Assembly (NCBI GenBank): GCA_001179505.1
Contig: CDMY01000209.1
Span: forward strand, 102,705 to 166,704
Direction of reading: 5' to 3'
From: Vitrella brassicaformis CCMP3155
Taxonomy: Eukaryota; Protista; Chromerida
DNA: 64,000 nucleotides
The notes below the pieces were generated by a model. That model was not told the DNA's origin, did not search any database, and saw only the letters and a program-made list of their open reading frames with translations. Both the position numbers and the translations under genes were made by a program. Below, piece by piece: positions 29,190 to 40,541 of this stretch (position 1 is the stretch's first letter; each line of letters begins with the position of its first letter).

Positions 29190-29580
29190 ATTCTGTGGTT
29201 GTTGCCGCAGTGGCGAGTGCATCGATGCCCCCGCCCACGACCAAAGCAGCAGCCCAGCAGCGGAGATCTGGGTCGCTGCCGAGTCCAGCCGCTGTGCCGC
29301 ACTACCCTGAAATGGACGGCGGGCGCACTCCTGCGATGAGCACAATACGAGATGGCGACTTTGGTCTCGTCTGGCCTTGATTCTCGAGCAGGCGATGTCG
29401 ATGCTGTTTGGCATTTCTGGACATGCCTGCCAACCTCGAGGGCGAGTCGCCGTTCTGAAGTCTGCAAGATCCGGAGCAGCCGCTGCCTTTCGGCCTCGAC
29501 GTGCTCATACCACTGCACGTCTGACGACTGTCCCGTCCTCAGTCGAAAGCGCCCGTCACCGCCGCCCCTTGGCATCATGA
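29190..29580 (-). pseudogene. Degraded 5' remnant of the expanded-family gene seen intact at 49020-51587
   Basis: 29221-29352 is a direct repeat of 51259-51380; the minus-strand catcgcctgctcgagaatcaag is 2 nt shorter than catcgcctgaagtcgagaatcaag in the intact gene; no downstream body of the gene is present. Confidence 0.6.
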
Positions 29581-30918
29581 CACAAGAGACTTGAAGAGGT
29601 CCAACGAGCGGACGCTGTCACACTCCTCCGCCTTCACCCCTTCCTACAGCATCCGTCGCAAGGACGAGCGGCATTTCGGAGAGGCAACTGATCACCGCGT
29701 GGCGCTGGTGGTCCAGGGGAGGTCCTGGGGGAGGTCTCTGGGAGGACAACAGGGTGGGCGAGTTGGCGGAGGGCGGCGAGTGGAGCCAAAGAGGGGGAAA
29801 GGGTCTGCCGCGCTCGGCACACCTGCACGACCACCCCGATCCGCAGATGCGCTGCCTTGGTCGGAACAAGTAAGAAGAGGACAGACAGACACGTTGGATT
29901 CCTTACCCGTGTTGTGTGATGTGTGTGTAGCGCAGAGGAGCAGACACCTTGCCGTGAAGGACCCGGGCGATCCTGATTTCCTGGGTTTCGCCGTGCGCAA
30001 GCTGTCCTCACCCCCGCCGCCGTCTATCTTCTCCCGGCAGGAGTGAGAGGACACCTGACCAAGTGAATGACATTTGTGGCGGTGCAATACATTCCATGGT
30101 GTGCGGACGTTATTGGTGCCTGTCTGACTGCGTGATTGGGGGCTTCTGTGTGTGTACATGTGAGTAGCCTTCTGCAGCATGCTCTAATGCGGACCTGCCT
30201 GCCTGCCTGTCTGTCTGTCTGTCCGTCTGTCTGTCCGTCTGTCTGTCTGTCTGTCGAGTGCTCTCAAAGAGAGATCATGCGTGTGTACTTGGGTACTCAC
30301 CGCCTGTGTTTGCTGTAGTGTATGAAGGCAGCGATCGCCTGTCTTTCTGTATTGTCTCGTGAGCTCCCCATGTGGCGCATTGCCGGCGGATGGATGGCTG
30401 GCTGTGGGTTCGTGTGCGGCTTCCTCAGCCAAAGAGAGAGATCGAGAGAGGTGTACACACGAGTGCATGCGCACACACGCATACCTGCCTGCCTTGACTG
30501 ATGCAGACTGCATACATGTAATGGGCAGTGCTGTGCTGGACCCCCACTTGTGCGTGTATTTGGACATGTGTGTGTAGGGCAGCTCTACTGTTTTGGAGGT
30601 CCGCTGACGTTCTTTCGTACAGAGCTTTTATTGAATCGTGCTTTTTTGCCTCTCGAATGAACTAGTCTCTGCACAAAATCTGTACAACTACAAAAGACCT
30701 ACAAAACACATGACACCTCACATGTATATGCCTCGCTGTTTGTCGGCATTCAAAGATGGCAGCACGTGACACAGCCACTATCAAAGAATACACGCATCGA
30801 TGGACCAATGGGGCAAGTTAATTGTCTCCCCCTTTCATGCATCCAATGAAGGCAGGCCTCCCTCCCGTCCCTCACCTCCTCCCGACCATGGGGAGGAGGG
30901 CGCTTTCGTCTCCCTCAG

Positions 30919-32292
30919 TCATTCAATGCGAACGCGGAAGGACGATGGCCTGGGTATCGGCCACTGAGGGAAAACGTCTCTCAGGAAGTTGAGACATGCG
31001 TTGCGTCGTCCCCAGCTGTTGTGGCTTTTGGTCAACGCATCGTTCCCTTGCGGCCCTTCTTTGACCTCGACGTCCTCAACAATCACACCTGTGTACAAGG
31101 AAACATCATGCAGCCGTCAGTCAGGAACGCTGGATGAATGGATAGATGGATGGACGGCTGGTTCGTCAGGGTGTCTTACATGCCTCCTCCTCGTCGCCAT
31201 TCAGGTGTGCCGCGAGCCAATTGAAGCATACGTCTTCGCAATTGAGTTCTCCGTTGATGAAGTCAATGACAGGCCTGCACACACAAGTGTACCGTCATGA
31301 CTTGATGTGCATACAATTTGCTGGAGCGCCATTCGAGGGGCTTACCTAGGTATGAGTCTCCTGTACGCATCCATCAGTGACGTAGGCACAAGAGCAGCGC
31401 TCGTTAAAGCCATGTTGTCCTCTTGCCTCTCCGTGGGATACAGCAACGTGTCTGAGCCGATGACACATTTATGAATCGACCGCCGCACCTTCACAGGGCC
31501 GATAATTCGCTGAGGGAAGCGCTGAGCTGCCAAAAGGAGCTTGTGGATCTCGGCTGCACATGCAGCCGAGAGAACAATGCAGCGTTGGATGGATCCATTC
31601 TGTGTGACGGTCCCTACCGCAATGCAGGAGTTTGTCGTCGTCCAGCACGAGTGTGAAGGGTGTCTGGATGTGCTCGCCAACGAAGTATCTCTCCCCCAGC
31701 CCTCTGTCTCCCGGCAAGATGCGCGCCTTGGTCGTGTTGACTTTCCTGAGATGGTTGTGCAGCTCATTGCGAAAAGCCTCCAGAGATTTCCCAGGGGGAG
31801 TCCATACATCGAGGACAATCTCTCGGACAAAGCTGCAGTCTTCAAGACGCGCTTTAACACACGACATGATCCAACGCAACGCACGGAACGGTCCCATCCG
31901 CACAGCCACGGTGACGGACCCCTGCAAGGCGGAAACAGAGTGCCGTTCTGCGCTGCTTCTGATTCGCTCTTGTGCCACACCTGGAGGTCGTGTATCGCAG
32001 TGTCGTTCATCCCCAAAGTCAGTGTAGTGGACCCGCCGGTTGAGCCTTTCCTTCTAATGTGGGATGCGAACCTACATCGGCCTGGCCCAGTATAATCGGG
32101 GACCCACTGATCCAATGTCACCGTCCTCAATGCAGAGAAGTCGTGATCTCCTCCGGCTGCGGCAGCCTGTCTGAGGCCGTTCCAAGTCCTCCGCCTCAAC
32201 ATTCGGAGCAACAGCAGGGCTGTTGTTCCCGAGAGAAGCGCCAGGAGCATGATCCGAAGCGGCCAGCAGGCCTGCTTCGCTCGGGCAAGCAT
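30919..32292 (-). CDS. Glycosyltransferase family 64 (EXTL2/EPC1-like alpha-1,4-HexNAc transferase), type II membrane protein
   Basis: Signal anchor IMLLALLSGTTALLLL; DCSFVREIVLDVW; GLGERYFVGEHIQTPFTLVLDDDKLL (DXD); QRFPQRIIG; NMALTSAALV; NCEDVCFNWL; RRNACLNFLRDVFP. Confidence 0.85.
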
Positions 32293-32666
32293 GGCTACAT
32301 TCGAAAGCCACACTGTACGGCGCTCGAGTTGCAGGCACGATCAGTGAAAACACCACACAACTATGTGCGGAAAGGGGCGAATGCGTATCCCGACAGCCGA
32401 GGAGGGAACCTTACATTCGAACACACTGTACGTGCTAACGGTCTTTCTTAGGGCGGAAGAAAACGCAAAAGGAAAGTGCACACGGCATACACTACATACT
32501 TCTATACTTGCTACGCACCATACGGCCAAAAAAGGGAAAAAAGGGACTACCATACTGCGAAGAACAGCGGCGCGACAAAAAAGGACGACCGCGAACTCTG
32601 CCAAGAATCTCATGCAGAATACCCAAGGTCACACACACACACACACGACCCAACACGTCAACACCG

Positions 32667-35600
32667 CTAGCTGGTGTCGCCGATATTGTTGTCCTCTGGA
32701 AGGGCCACGAATAAAGCCACTTGTGAATCATTTGCAATGCTTTGCGCTCTGATGCCCATCACGCGCTCTGAAGACGGAAGAAAAATGCAGAGAAAAAAAA
32801 GACATCAACTGTGGACAAGTGCATGTATACAGAGCAACTTACCAAGTGGGTCAAGGTGTGGTTGGGCAGCATTCCTGCCACCTGTCGGCCACTGCAGCAC
32901 CTCAATTGCATGAGCCTCGAACTCCGCCATTGTAACATTATAGCCCCACCTACAAGCTCACGCGATCATCAATGACTTCCCCTCTTGCCTGATGTATTGC
33001 TCCATTTGTTTAGTGTCCTTACATAAAGACGGTACACGATGAGAGATCCCATTTCAGCCCGTCTTCAGTCATGCGATACCCCCGTAATCCATCCGCCGTA
33101 GTAAGGTTGACGTACGAATGCAGTGGCTCAAGCAGCCCCCAATCTTCCGGCGACACTTCTGACATACCACCGACACTATCGGCGGCGAATAGCGAGAAAT
33201 GGCTGTCATGCGGGCTGTTCGCATTATAGTGGATGACAAGCACAGCTGAATGAGCCTCCCCATTGTTGTTGAAGTCGTCGAATGTGCGATAGAAGCGTGC
33301 GGGTATCTGCAGCTTCCGCAGAGTAGAAGTACTGTCGTCGGAAGACGGAATAGCACTCGACTAAAGGCAACGACGGTTGATCATACTGTTGCTGCCCTCA
33401 TCGATGGGATCGACGGGCTGTCGTACAGGCACAGCATCACCGAACCCATCAGGACACTCTCTGATCCAAGAAGGGATGCTGCAGTTGGATCGCATTGTCC
33501 GGTCTTCGACGAGCCCCCAGGTGTCTTGGTATAAGATAAACGCCTCAGCGGCCCACTCAGCTGTCACGCGATCGATAAAATGACCGTCCTCTTTGCCTTT
33601 CAGCTCCTCTCTATGTAGCGCCTCTTCTGTGATGACGACAAGAGCCGAGGATCCATTAATCATAATCGCGTTTAGAGCCTGAACGGCAGCGGCATTACAG
33701 TATTACGCAGATCTGGTCGGTAGCTGTCTATCTTTTCTTGCCTACCGTGTACATCGCCACTCCACTGGATGTGTTCCTGAAGACTTCCACCCTGTAGCGA
33801 GCCGCTGACGTGTTGCCATCGTGTGCTGAACTGGCGTTGCTCCTGGGATAAAGGGTGAAATCGATGATGCCGAGAAGAGCGTCTTGTCTCATGAAGACCC
33901 CCCAGCCGCGACACGGACCACGTTTGGTGTCATAAATGGGTTCCACAAAGGCGTTTAGATCCGCCGGCGTCCCAGACCACTGCCAATATCTATCGTGAGT
34001 CTGCAGGAACAACGCTCATACCTCTGATTTCCAATGCTTCTCATCCGTGTCAGTCTCCTTACGATTTCTGCTCCCCAGGGTATATCGGCTTCGTCAAGGT
34101 CTACAGCATCGTTAACGTCTGCGATCTGCAGCAACCGATGATGCTCTTGCTCATGAAGCAGGTCGACATGCACTCTGAGCAGTGACATCAAGCACAACAA
34201 AGACATTGTTCCTCAATCACTGTCGGTGTTTGTCGGCTGTGTCTGTGTGTGTGACCTGTAAGTAGAATGCTGTTTGATCCATTGAAGTAGACGATGCTCT
34301 CGTTATACAGCCGATAAGCCTCTCTCAAGGTATCCAGCTCCTCCAGAGGCATCAAACGCTCCACCTCAGCCTCCAGGTGATGCAACAGACGGCCCATGTC
34401 GACTGGATTTGCGAGAGCTTGAGGGAAGAGCGACTTCTTGTGAGCGCGCAGGCTGTTGTCAGCCCTCTGATAGGCCGTGCGAATGCGGTCGACCTCGTAT
34501 GTATCAAAGCACGTGTTGAGTCGCTCGGTGAGGCTCCTTTGGCTAGCGGCAAATGCCATGCGGAACTCGCGTTGTTTGTAGAGGTCCACAATAGCAAGGG
34601 GCATCACATCTTGCTGCCTCATGTGGAAGTCCACTGTTGCATGAGCGATGCTCTTGGCGTAGTCCAAAGGCGTGGTTGGCTTGCCGTCATATATTGTTGG
34701 TCTCAGAAAACGCCAATCCCAGCCAGCGCCGCTAACGATGGTCTCGCTGCCTACACGGCAGCACAACGAAAGACGCACGATACGGAAAGACGCAGAGCGG
34801 CTTCGCTGTTGTGCGTGTCGTCTGTTACCGAGGAAGTAGTGCCCATGTGATGAGAGCGCGGAGATCACCTCGTATGAGCTCATGAGGCACGCATCGAATG
34901 AGAGCAAGTCAAAGCGAAAGCCATCAGGCATACCCGCATCACTGATTCCTCCCTACAGGAAAGGGACAAGAAATTGAGTGGTCAGGGCCGTTTGATTGAT
35001 ATCTATCCTTCTGCTTACCCTGATGGCCTGCTCGAGAGAGAAGAGAGTCATCAGGGATCCCGATTGACCGCTCTGAGAGTCGCCGCCAAACCTGCATATA
35101 CACACACATGCAGTCCGGCGAAGGATGACACCCTGCAACCTTTGCATCAATGTGCATACTCACCCTTTTCGTCCCACACCGTGGTCCCACAGGGTCAGAG
35201 CGAAGTGGTAAGCAGGGAAGTCTTTCAACGCCTTCCTGATGAATACCTATGCATTCACAATCGCCACACACGCAGTCATCCAGCTCACTCAGCGAAGAGA
35301 GACCATCCTTTCATCGCCTCGCGTCTTTACCCCACCCGCAGAGTCTCTTGATTGTCCATGTCAGCTTCGTTCCAGTCCTTTCTGAGCAGCCACCGGCGCC
35401 TGCTGGTGCTGTTCTGACCATCGTATGGATCGCCGATCATCAGCAGCTCGTACGTGTTGGAAAACTGCTGTCTCACCTGCATAAACACACGACCAAAGCC
35501 AAAAACAGATGTCACTGTGTGCGAGCGTATGTGTCCGTCTGTCTGTACCGTCCTCAGGTTGATATCTGGGTATGCTTCCGGGCAGATGACAAGCTGGTGG

Positions 35601-38600
35601 ATAGCTTTATGGGACGCATGGTACGCGTGAGGATCAGAGCGGTCCACAAGCACCAACAGACTGATGCTGCCCGACGGCATCTGAAGCATCTCGGCTAAAT
35701 CATCCATCGCGTCGCTTTCCAAATCGTTGTCCTGATGCCACACGCACACACGCACACACACACACACACACACAGGCGCAGAATGCATCCAGTGGCGTGC
35801 CTTTTCCGTCCCTCAATGCCCTCTCACCGCATTCATATAGACCAGATGAGTCCAGTGTGCCTTCTTTGTAAGGTCGACGCGGTCCATCACCCCCGCACAG
35901 AGGGTCGGCGGCACCAGCTGGAACTCTGGCTTGCGGTCACCGCACTCCAAACGATAGGCATACCTTGTCTGCTGATCGGGACAGTCCTCCCCTGGATCGA
36001 CGTTGCACATGGGCACGGATGATAGGCGCTTGCGGCATTCCGACATACACCGACAGCCGTTGTTTGTGAACACCTTCTGCTGCTCGCCCTCCACACATGC
36101 ATCGAAATACTCGCCATCAGTCGCCTCACATCGGCAGGTACCCACATCACATGCCTCTCGCGTGACTCGACAGACACTCTCAAAGCCGGGCTTCCGCAGC
36201 TCCTTGTGGCATCTCTTGTCGATGCAGCGGCAGCCGGTCACCGAGAACAGCACGCTCTCGTCATCGTCGTTTTGCTCGTATGTCAAGAATGTGCCCGTAC
36301 TGTTTGTCGACAGACCCACAAGGAAACCGACTGCCTTCGGCTTTGCAAATGCTTCTTCCACTCTAATGCCCATCACGCGATCTGTAGATACGGGATTCAG
36401 AAACAAGGAAGATGTCCACTGAGTGTGTGTCTGTGTACCAAGAGGGTCACGGTCTCGTTGGGCAGCGTCCCTGCTACCTGTCGGCCACTGCAGCACCTCA
36501 ATTGCATGAGCTTCGAACTCCGCCATTGTAACATTATAGCCCCACCTATAAGCCCACACACCGTCCAGCGATTGCCCTTAAGCATCGATCCATCTTTTTA
36601 AGTGTCCTCACCTAAACCCCATACACGACGAGAGATCCCGCTTCAGTCCGTCTTCAGCCATGCGATAGCTCCCCGATCCATACGCCGTAGTAAGATTGAC
36701 GTACGACTGCAGTGGCTCGAGCAGCCCCCACTCTCGAGGCGACACCTCTGACACACCACCAGGCGACACCAGCCAATCAGGAAACCCCTGAGCTTCACCA
36801 CCGACGCGATCCGCGGCGAATAGCGAGAAATGGCTGTCATGCGGGCTGCTAACATTATAGTGAATAACGAGAACGGCTGGATGAGCCTCAGTATTGCTAT
36901 CGAAGTCATCGAATGTGCGATGGAAGCGTGCGGGTATCTGCAACTTCCGCAGAGTAGAAGTACTGCCGTCGGAAGACGGAATAGCGCTCGACCAAAGGCA
37001 GCGGCGCTTGAGCGTGCTGTTGCTGCCCTCACCGATGGGATCGACGGGCTGTCGTACAGGCACAGCATCACCGAACCCATCAGGACACTCTCTGATCCAA
37101 GAAGGGATGCTGCAGTTGGATCGCATTGTCCGGTCTTCGACGAGCCCCCAGGTGTCTTGGTATAAGATAAACGCCTCAGCGGCCCACTCAGCTGTCACGC
37201 GATCGATAAAATGACCGTCCTCTTTGCCTTTCAGCTCCTCCCTATGTGGCGCCTCTCCTGTGATGACGACAAGAGCCGAGGATCCATTAATCATAATCGC
37301 GTTTAGAGCCTGAACGGCGGCGGCATTATAGTATTACGCAGATCTGGTCGGTAGCTGTCTATCTTTTCTTGCCTACCGTGTACATCGCCACTCCACTGGA
37401 TGTGTTCCTGAAGACTTCCACCCTGTAGCGAGCCGCTGCCGCATTGCCATCGTGTGCTGAAGTGGGGTCGTTCATGAGAGAGAGTGTAGACTTTATGATA
37501 CCGAGATCTGGTAAGCTGTGTCGGCTGCGACATGCCATACGCCTAGCATCGTAGATGGGATCGAGAGCGACCTTCACATCCGCTGGCATCCCGAACTCTT
37601 GCCAGTGATCGTCTCGAGTCTGAATTGTGGCACATGATCAAACTGCCACATCTGCCGAAATCTGTCTGACTTAGCACGCTTACAATGTCTGCTCCCCAGA
37701 TACTTTCATAGTCTTCAGGTCCGACACCATACAACCAATCAGCCCTCTGAAATAGCCTTTGGTGCTCTGAACTGTGAGGCCAGCCTGCTGCGAGCCACCA
37801 GTAGAGCTCTGGTTCGCGAGGCAGGTCGACGTGCAGTCCTGCCGGTGACAGCAACCATACAAAGCGACATTGTGGCTCATTCCTCGATCACAGTCGGTGT
37901 GTCGGCTGTGTCTGTGTGTGTGACCTGTAAGTAGAATGCTGTCTGATCCATTGAAGTAGACGATGCTCTCGTTGTACAGCCGATAAGCCTCTCTCAAGGT
38001 ATCCAGCTCCTCTAGAGGCATCACACGCTCCACCTCAGCCTCCAGGTGATGCAACAGATGGCCCATGTCGACTGGATTTGCGAGGGCTTCAGGGAAGAGC
38101 GACTTCTTGTGAGCGCGCAGGCTGTCGTCAGCCTTCTGGTAGGCCGTGCGAATGCGGTCGACCTCGTATGTATCAACGCACGTGTTGAGTCGCTCGGTGA
38201 GGCCCCTTTGGCTGGCGGCAAACGCCATGCGGAACTCGCGTTGTTTGTAGAGGTCCACAATAGCAAGGGGCATCAGACTTTGCTGCCTCATGTGGAAGTC
38301 CACTGTTGCATGAGCGATGCTCTTGGCGTAGTCCAAAGGCGTGGCTGGCTCGCCGTCATATGTTGTTGGTCTCAGAAAACGCCAATCCCAGCCAGCGCCG
38401 CTAACGATGGTCTCGCTGCCTACACGGCAGCACAACGAACCACGCACGATACGGAAAGAAGCAGAGCGGCTTCGTTCGTGTGCGTGTCGTCTGTTACCGA
38501 GGAAGTAGTGCCCATGTGATGAGAGCGCGGAGATCACCTCGTATGAGCTCATGAGGCACGCATCGAATGAGAGCAAGTCAAAGCGAAAGCCATCAGGCAT

Positions 38601-40186
38601 ACCCGCATCACTGATTCCTCCCTACAGGAAAGGGACAAGAAATTGAGTGGTCAGGGCCGTTTGATTGATATCTATCCTTCTGCTTACCCTGATGGCCTGC
38701 TCGAGAGAGAAGAGAGTCATCAGGGATCCCGATTGACCGCTCTGAGAGTCGCCGCCAAACCTGCATATACACACACATGCAGTCCGGCGAAGGATGACAC
38801 CTTGCAACCTTTGCATCAATGTGCATACTCACCCTTTTCGTCCCACACCATGGTCCCACAGGGTCAGAGCGAAGTGGTCAGCAGGGAAGTCTTTCAACGC
38901 CTTCCTGATGAATACCTATGCATTCACAATCGCCACACACGCAGTCATCCAGCTCACTCAGCGAAGAGAGACCATCCTTTCATCGCCTCGCGTCTTTACC
39001 CCACCCGCAGAGTCTCTTGATTGTCCATGTCAGCTTCGTTCCAGTCCTTTCTGAGCAGCCACCGGCGCCTGCTGGTGCCGTTCTGACCATCGTATGGATC
39101 GCCGATCATCAGCAGCTCGTACGTGTTGGAAAACTGCTGTCTCACCTGCATAAACACACGACCAAAGCCAAATACAGATGTCACTGTGTGCGAGCGTATG
39201 TGTCCGTCTGTCTGTACCGTCCTCAGGTTGATATCTGGGTACGCTTCCGGGCAGATGACAAGCTGGTGGATAGCTTTATGGGACGCATGGTACGCGTGAG
39301 GATCAGAGCGGTCCACAAGCACCAACAGATTGATGCTGCCCGACGGCATCTGAAGCATCTCGGCTAAATCATCCATCGCGTCGCTTTCCAAATCGTTGTC
39401 CTGATGCCACACGCACACACGCACACACACACACACACACAGGCGCAGAATGCATCCAGTGGCGTGCCTTTTCCGTCCCTCAATGCCCTCTCACCGCATT
39501 CATATAGACCAGATGAGTCCAGTGTGCCTTCTTTGTAAGGTCGACGCGGTCCATCACCCCCGCACAGAAGGTCGGCGGCACCAGCTGGAACTCTGGCTTG
39601 CGGTCACCGCACTCCACTGGATAGGCATGCCTCGTCTGCTGATCGGGACAGTCCTCCCCTGGGTCCATATTGCACACAGGCACCTCGTATGAGAGGCGCT
39701 TGCGGCATTCCGACATACACCGACAGCCGTTGTTTGTGAACACCTGCTGCTGCTTGCCCTCCACACATGCATCGAAATACTCGCCATCAGTCGCCTCACA
39801 TCGGCAGGACCCACATCACATGCCTCTCGCGTGACTCGACAGACACTCTCAAAGCCGGGCTTCCGCAGCTCCTTGTGGCATCTCTTGTCGATGCAGCGGC
39901 AGCCGGTCACCGAGAACAGCACGCTCTCGTCATCGCACTTTTCACCGTCGCATTGGCCTTGGAGTCCTCGCCCAGTCCTTCTCAGAGAAGGTGCCACGGC
40001 AAGCAGATGATCTGCATGGAAACACATTCACACGCAAGCAGCGGCTGCGTTCGTCGTCGCTTTGTAAAGCGTGACCAGCCTACCATGGGATAAGTAAGTC
40101 AAAGTAACGCACAGAACACTGATGCCAAGAAGTAAAAACGACGAAGGAAGAGAGATCCCGAAGGGCGAACCCCCCACAGGCATCAT
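32667..40186 (-). CDS. Secreted clostripain-family (peptidase C11) protein with two tandem units of [Cys-rich modules, C11 domain, C-terminal domain]; carries a -1 frameshift (about 39808) and an in-frame TAG (33361-33363) as assembled
   Basis: Signal exon MMPVGGSPFGISLPSSFLLLGISVLCVTLTYLS; per unit HWTHLVYMNADNDLE, LTLWDHGVG (catalytic His), LLSFDACLMSSYEV (catalytic Cys), GSETIVSGAGWDW; unit A's last exon reads into unit B without a stop; final stop ...IGDTS* at 32667. Confidence 0.8.
34200..39935. repeat. Tandem duplication with a period of about 3.67 kb (34200-36270 vs 37890-39935 nearly identical; 32850-34200 vs 36480-37890 more diverged)
   Basis: Identical ORF-track entries offset by 3669 bp (34974 and 38643; 35249 and 38918); introns are included in the identity. 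Confidence 0.92.
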
Positions 40187-40541
40187 GCGTCCTTCCCCCC
40201 TGCCGTCGTAGGCGTCTCATCACGCATCAGTGAAGCAGCCTGCTGAAGACCAGTTTTCGCACTCCGTCTAACCAGCCTCCTGAGAAAAAGAACACGACGC
40301 TGCCTTCGTCACGAGCGATGAGTTGAATAACACCTCGTGGATCGCCGATCCCGTGCGAGCTTTTCGCTTTTCGAAAGCACGAGGCGATACACGCAAGACA
40401 TGAAGCTCGTGATGAAGTAGATAAGGGGAAGAAGTCGTGCGAGGCGAGCATCCGATCTGTCCATCCTCGTGTTTTGCCTTGCCGTGAAGCAAGGCAGCAG
40501 CGTGCTTCTTCTCCCAGCGTCGAGGCTGAGACCGATCCCAA

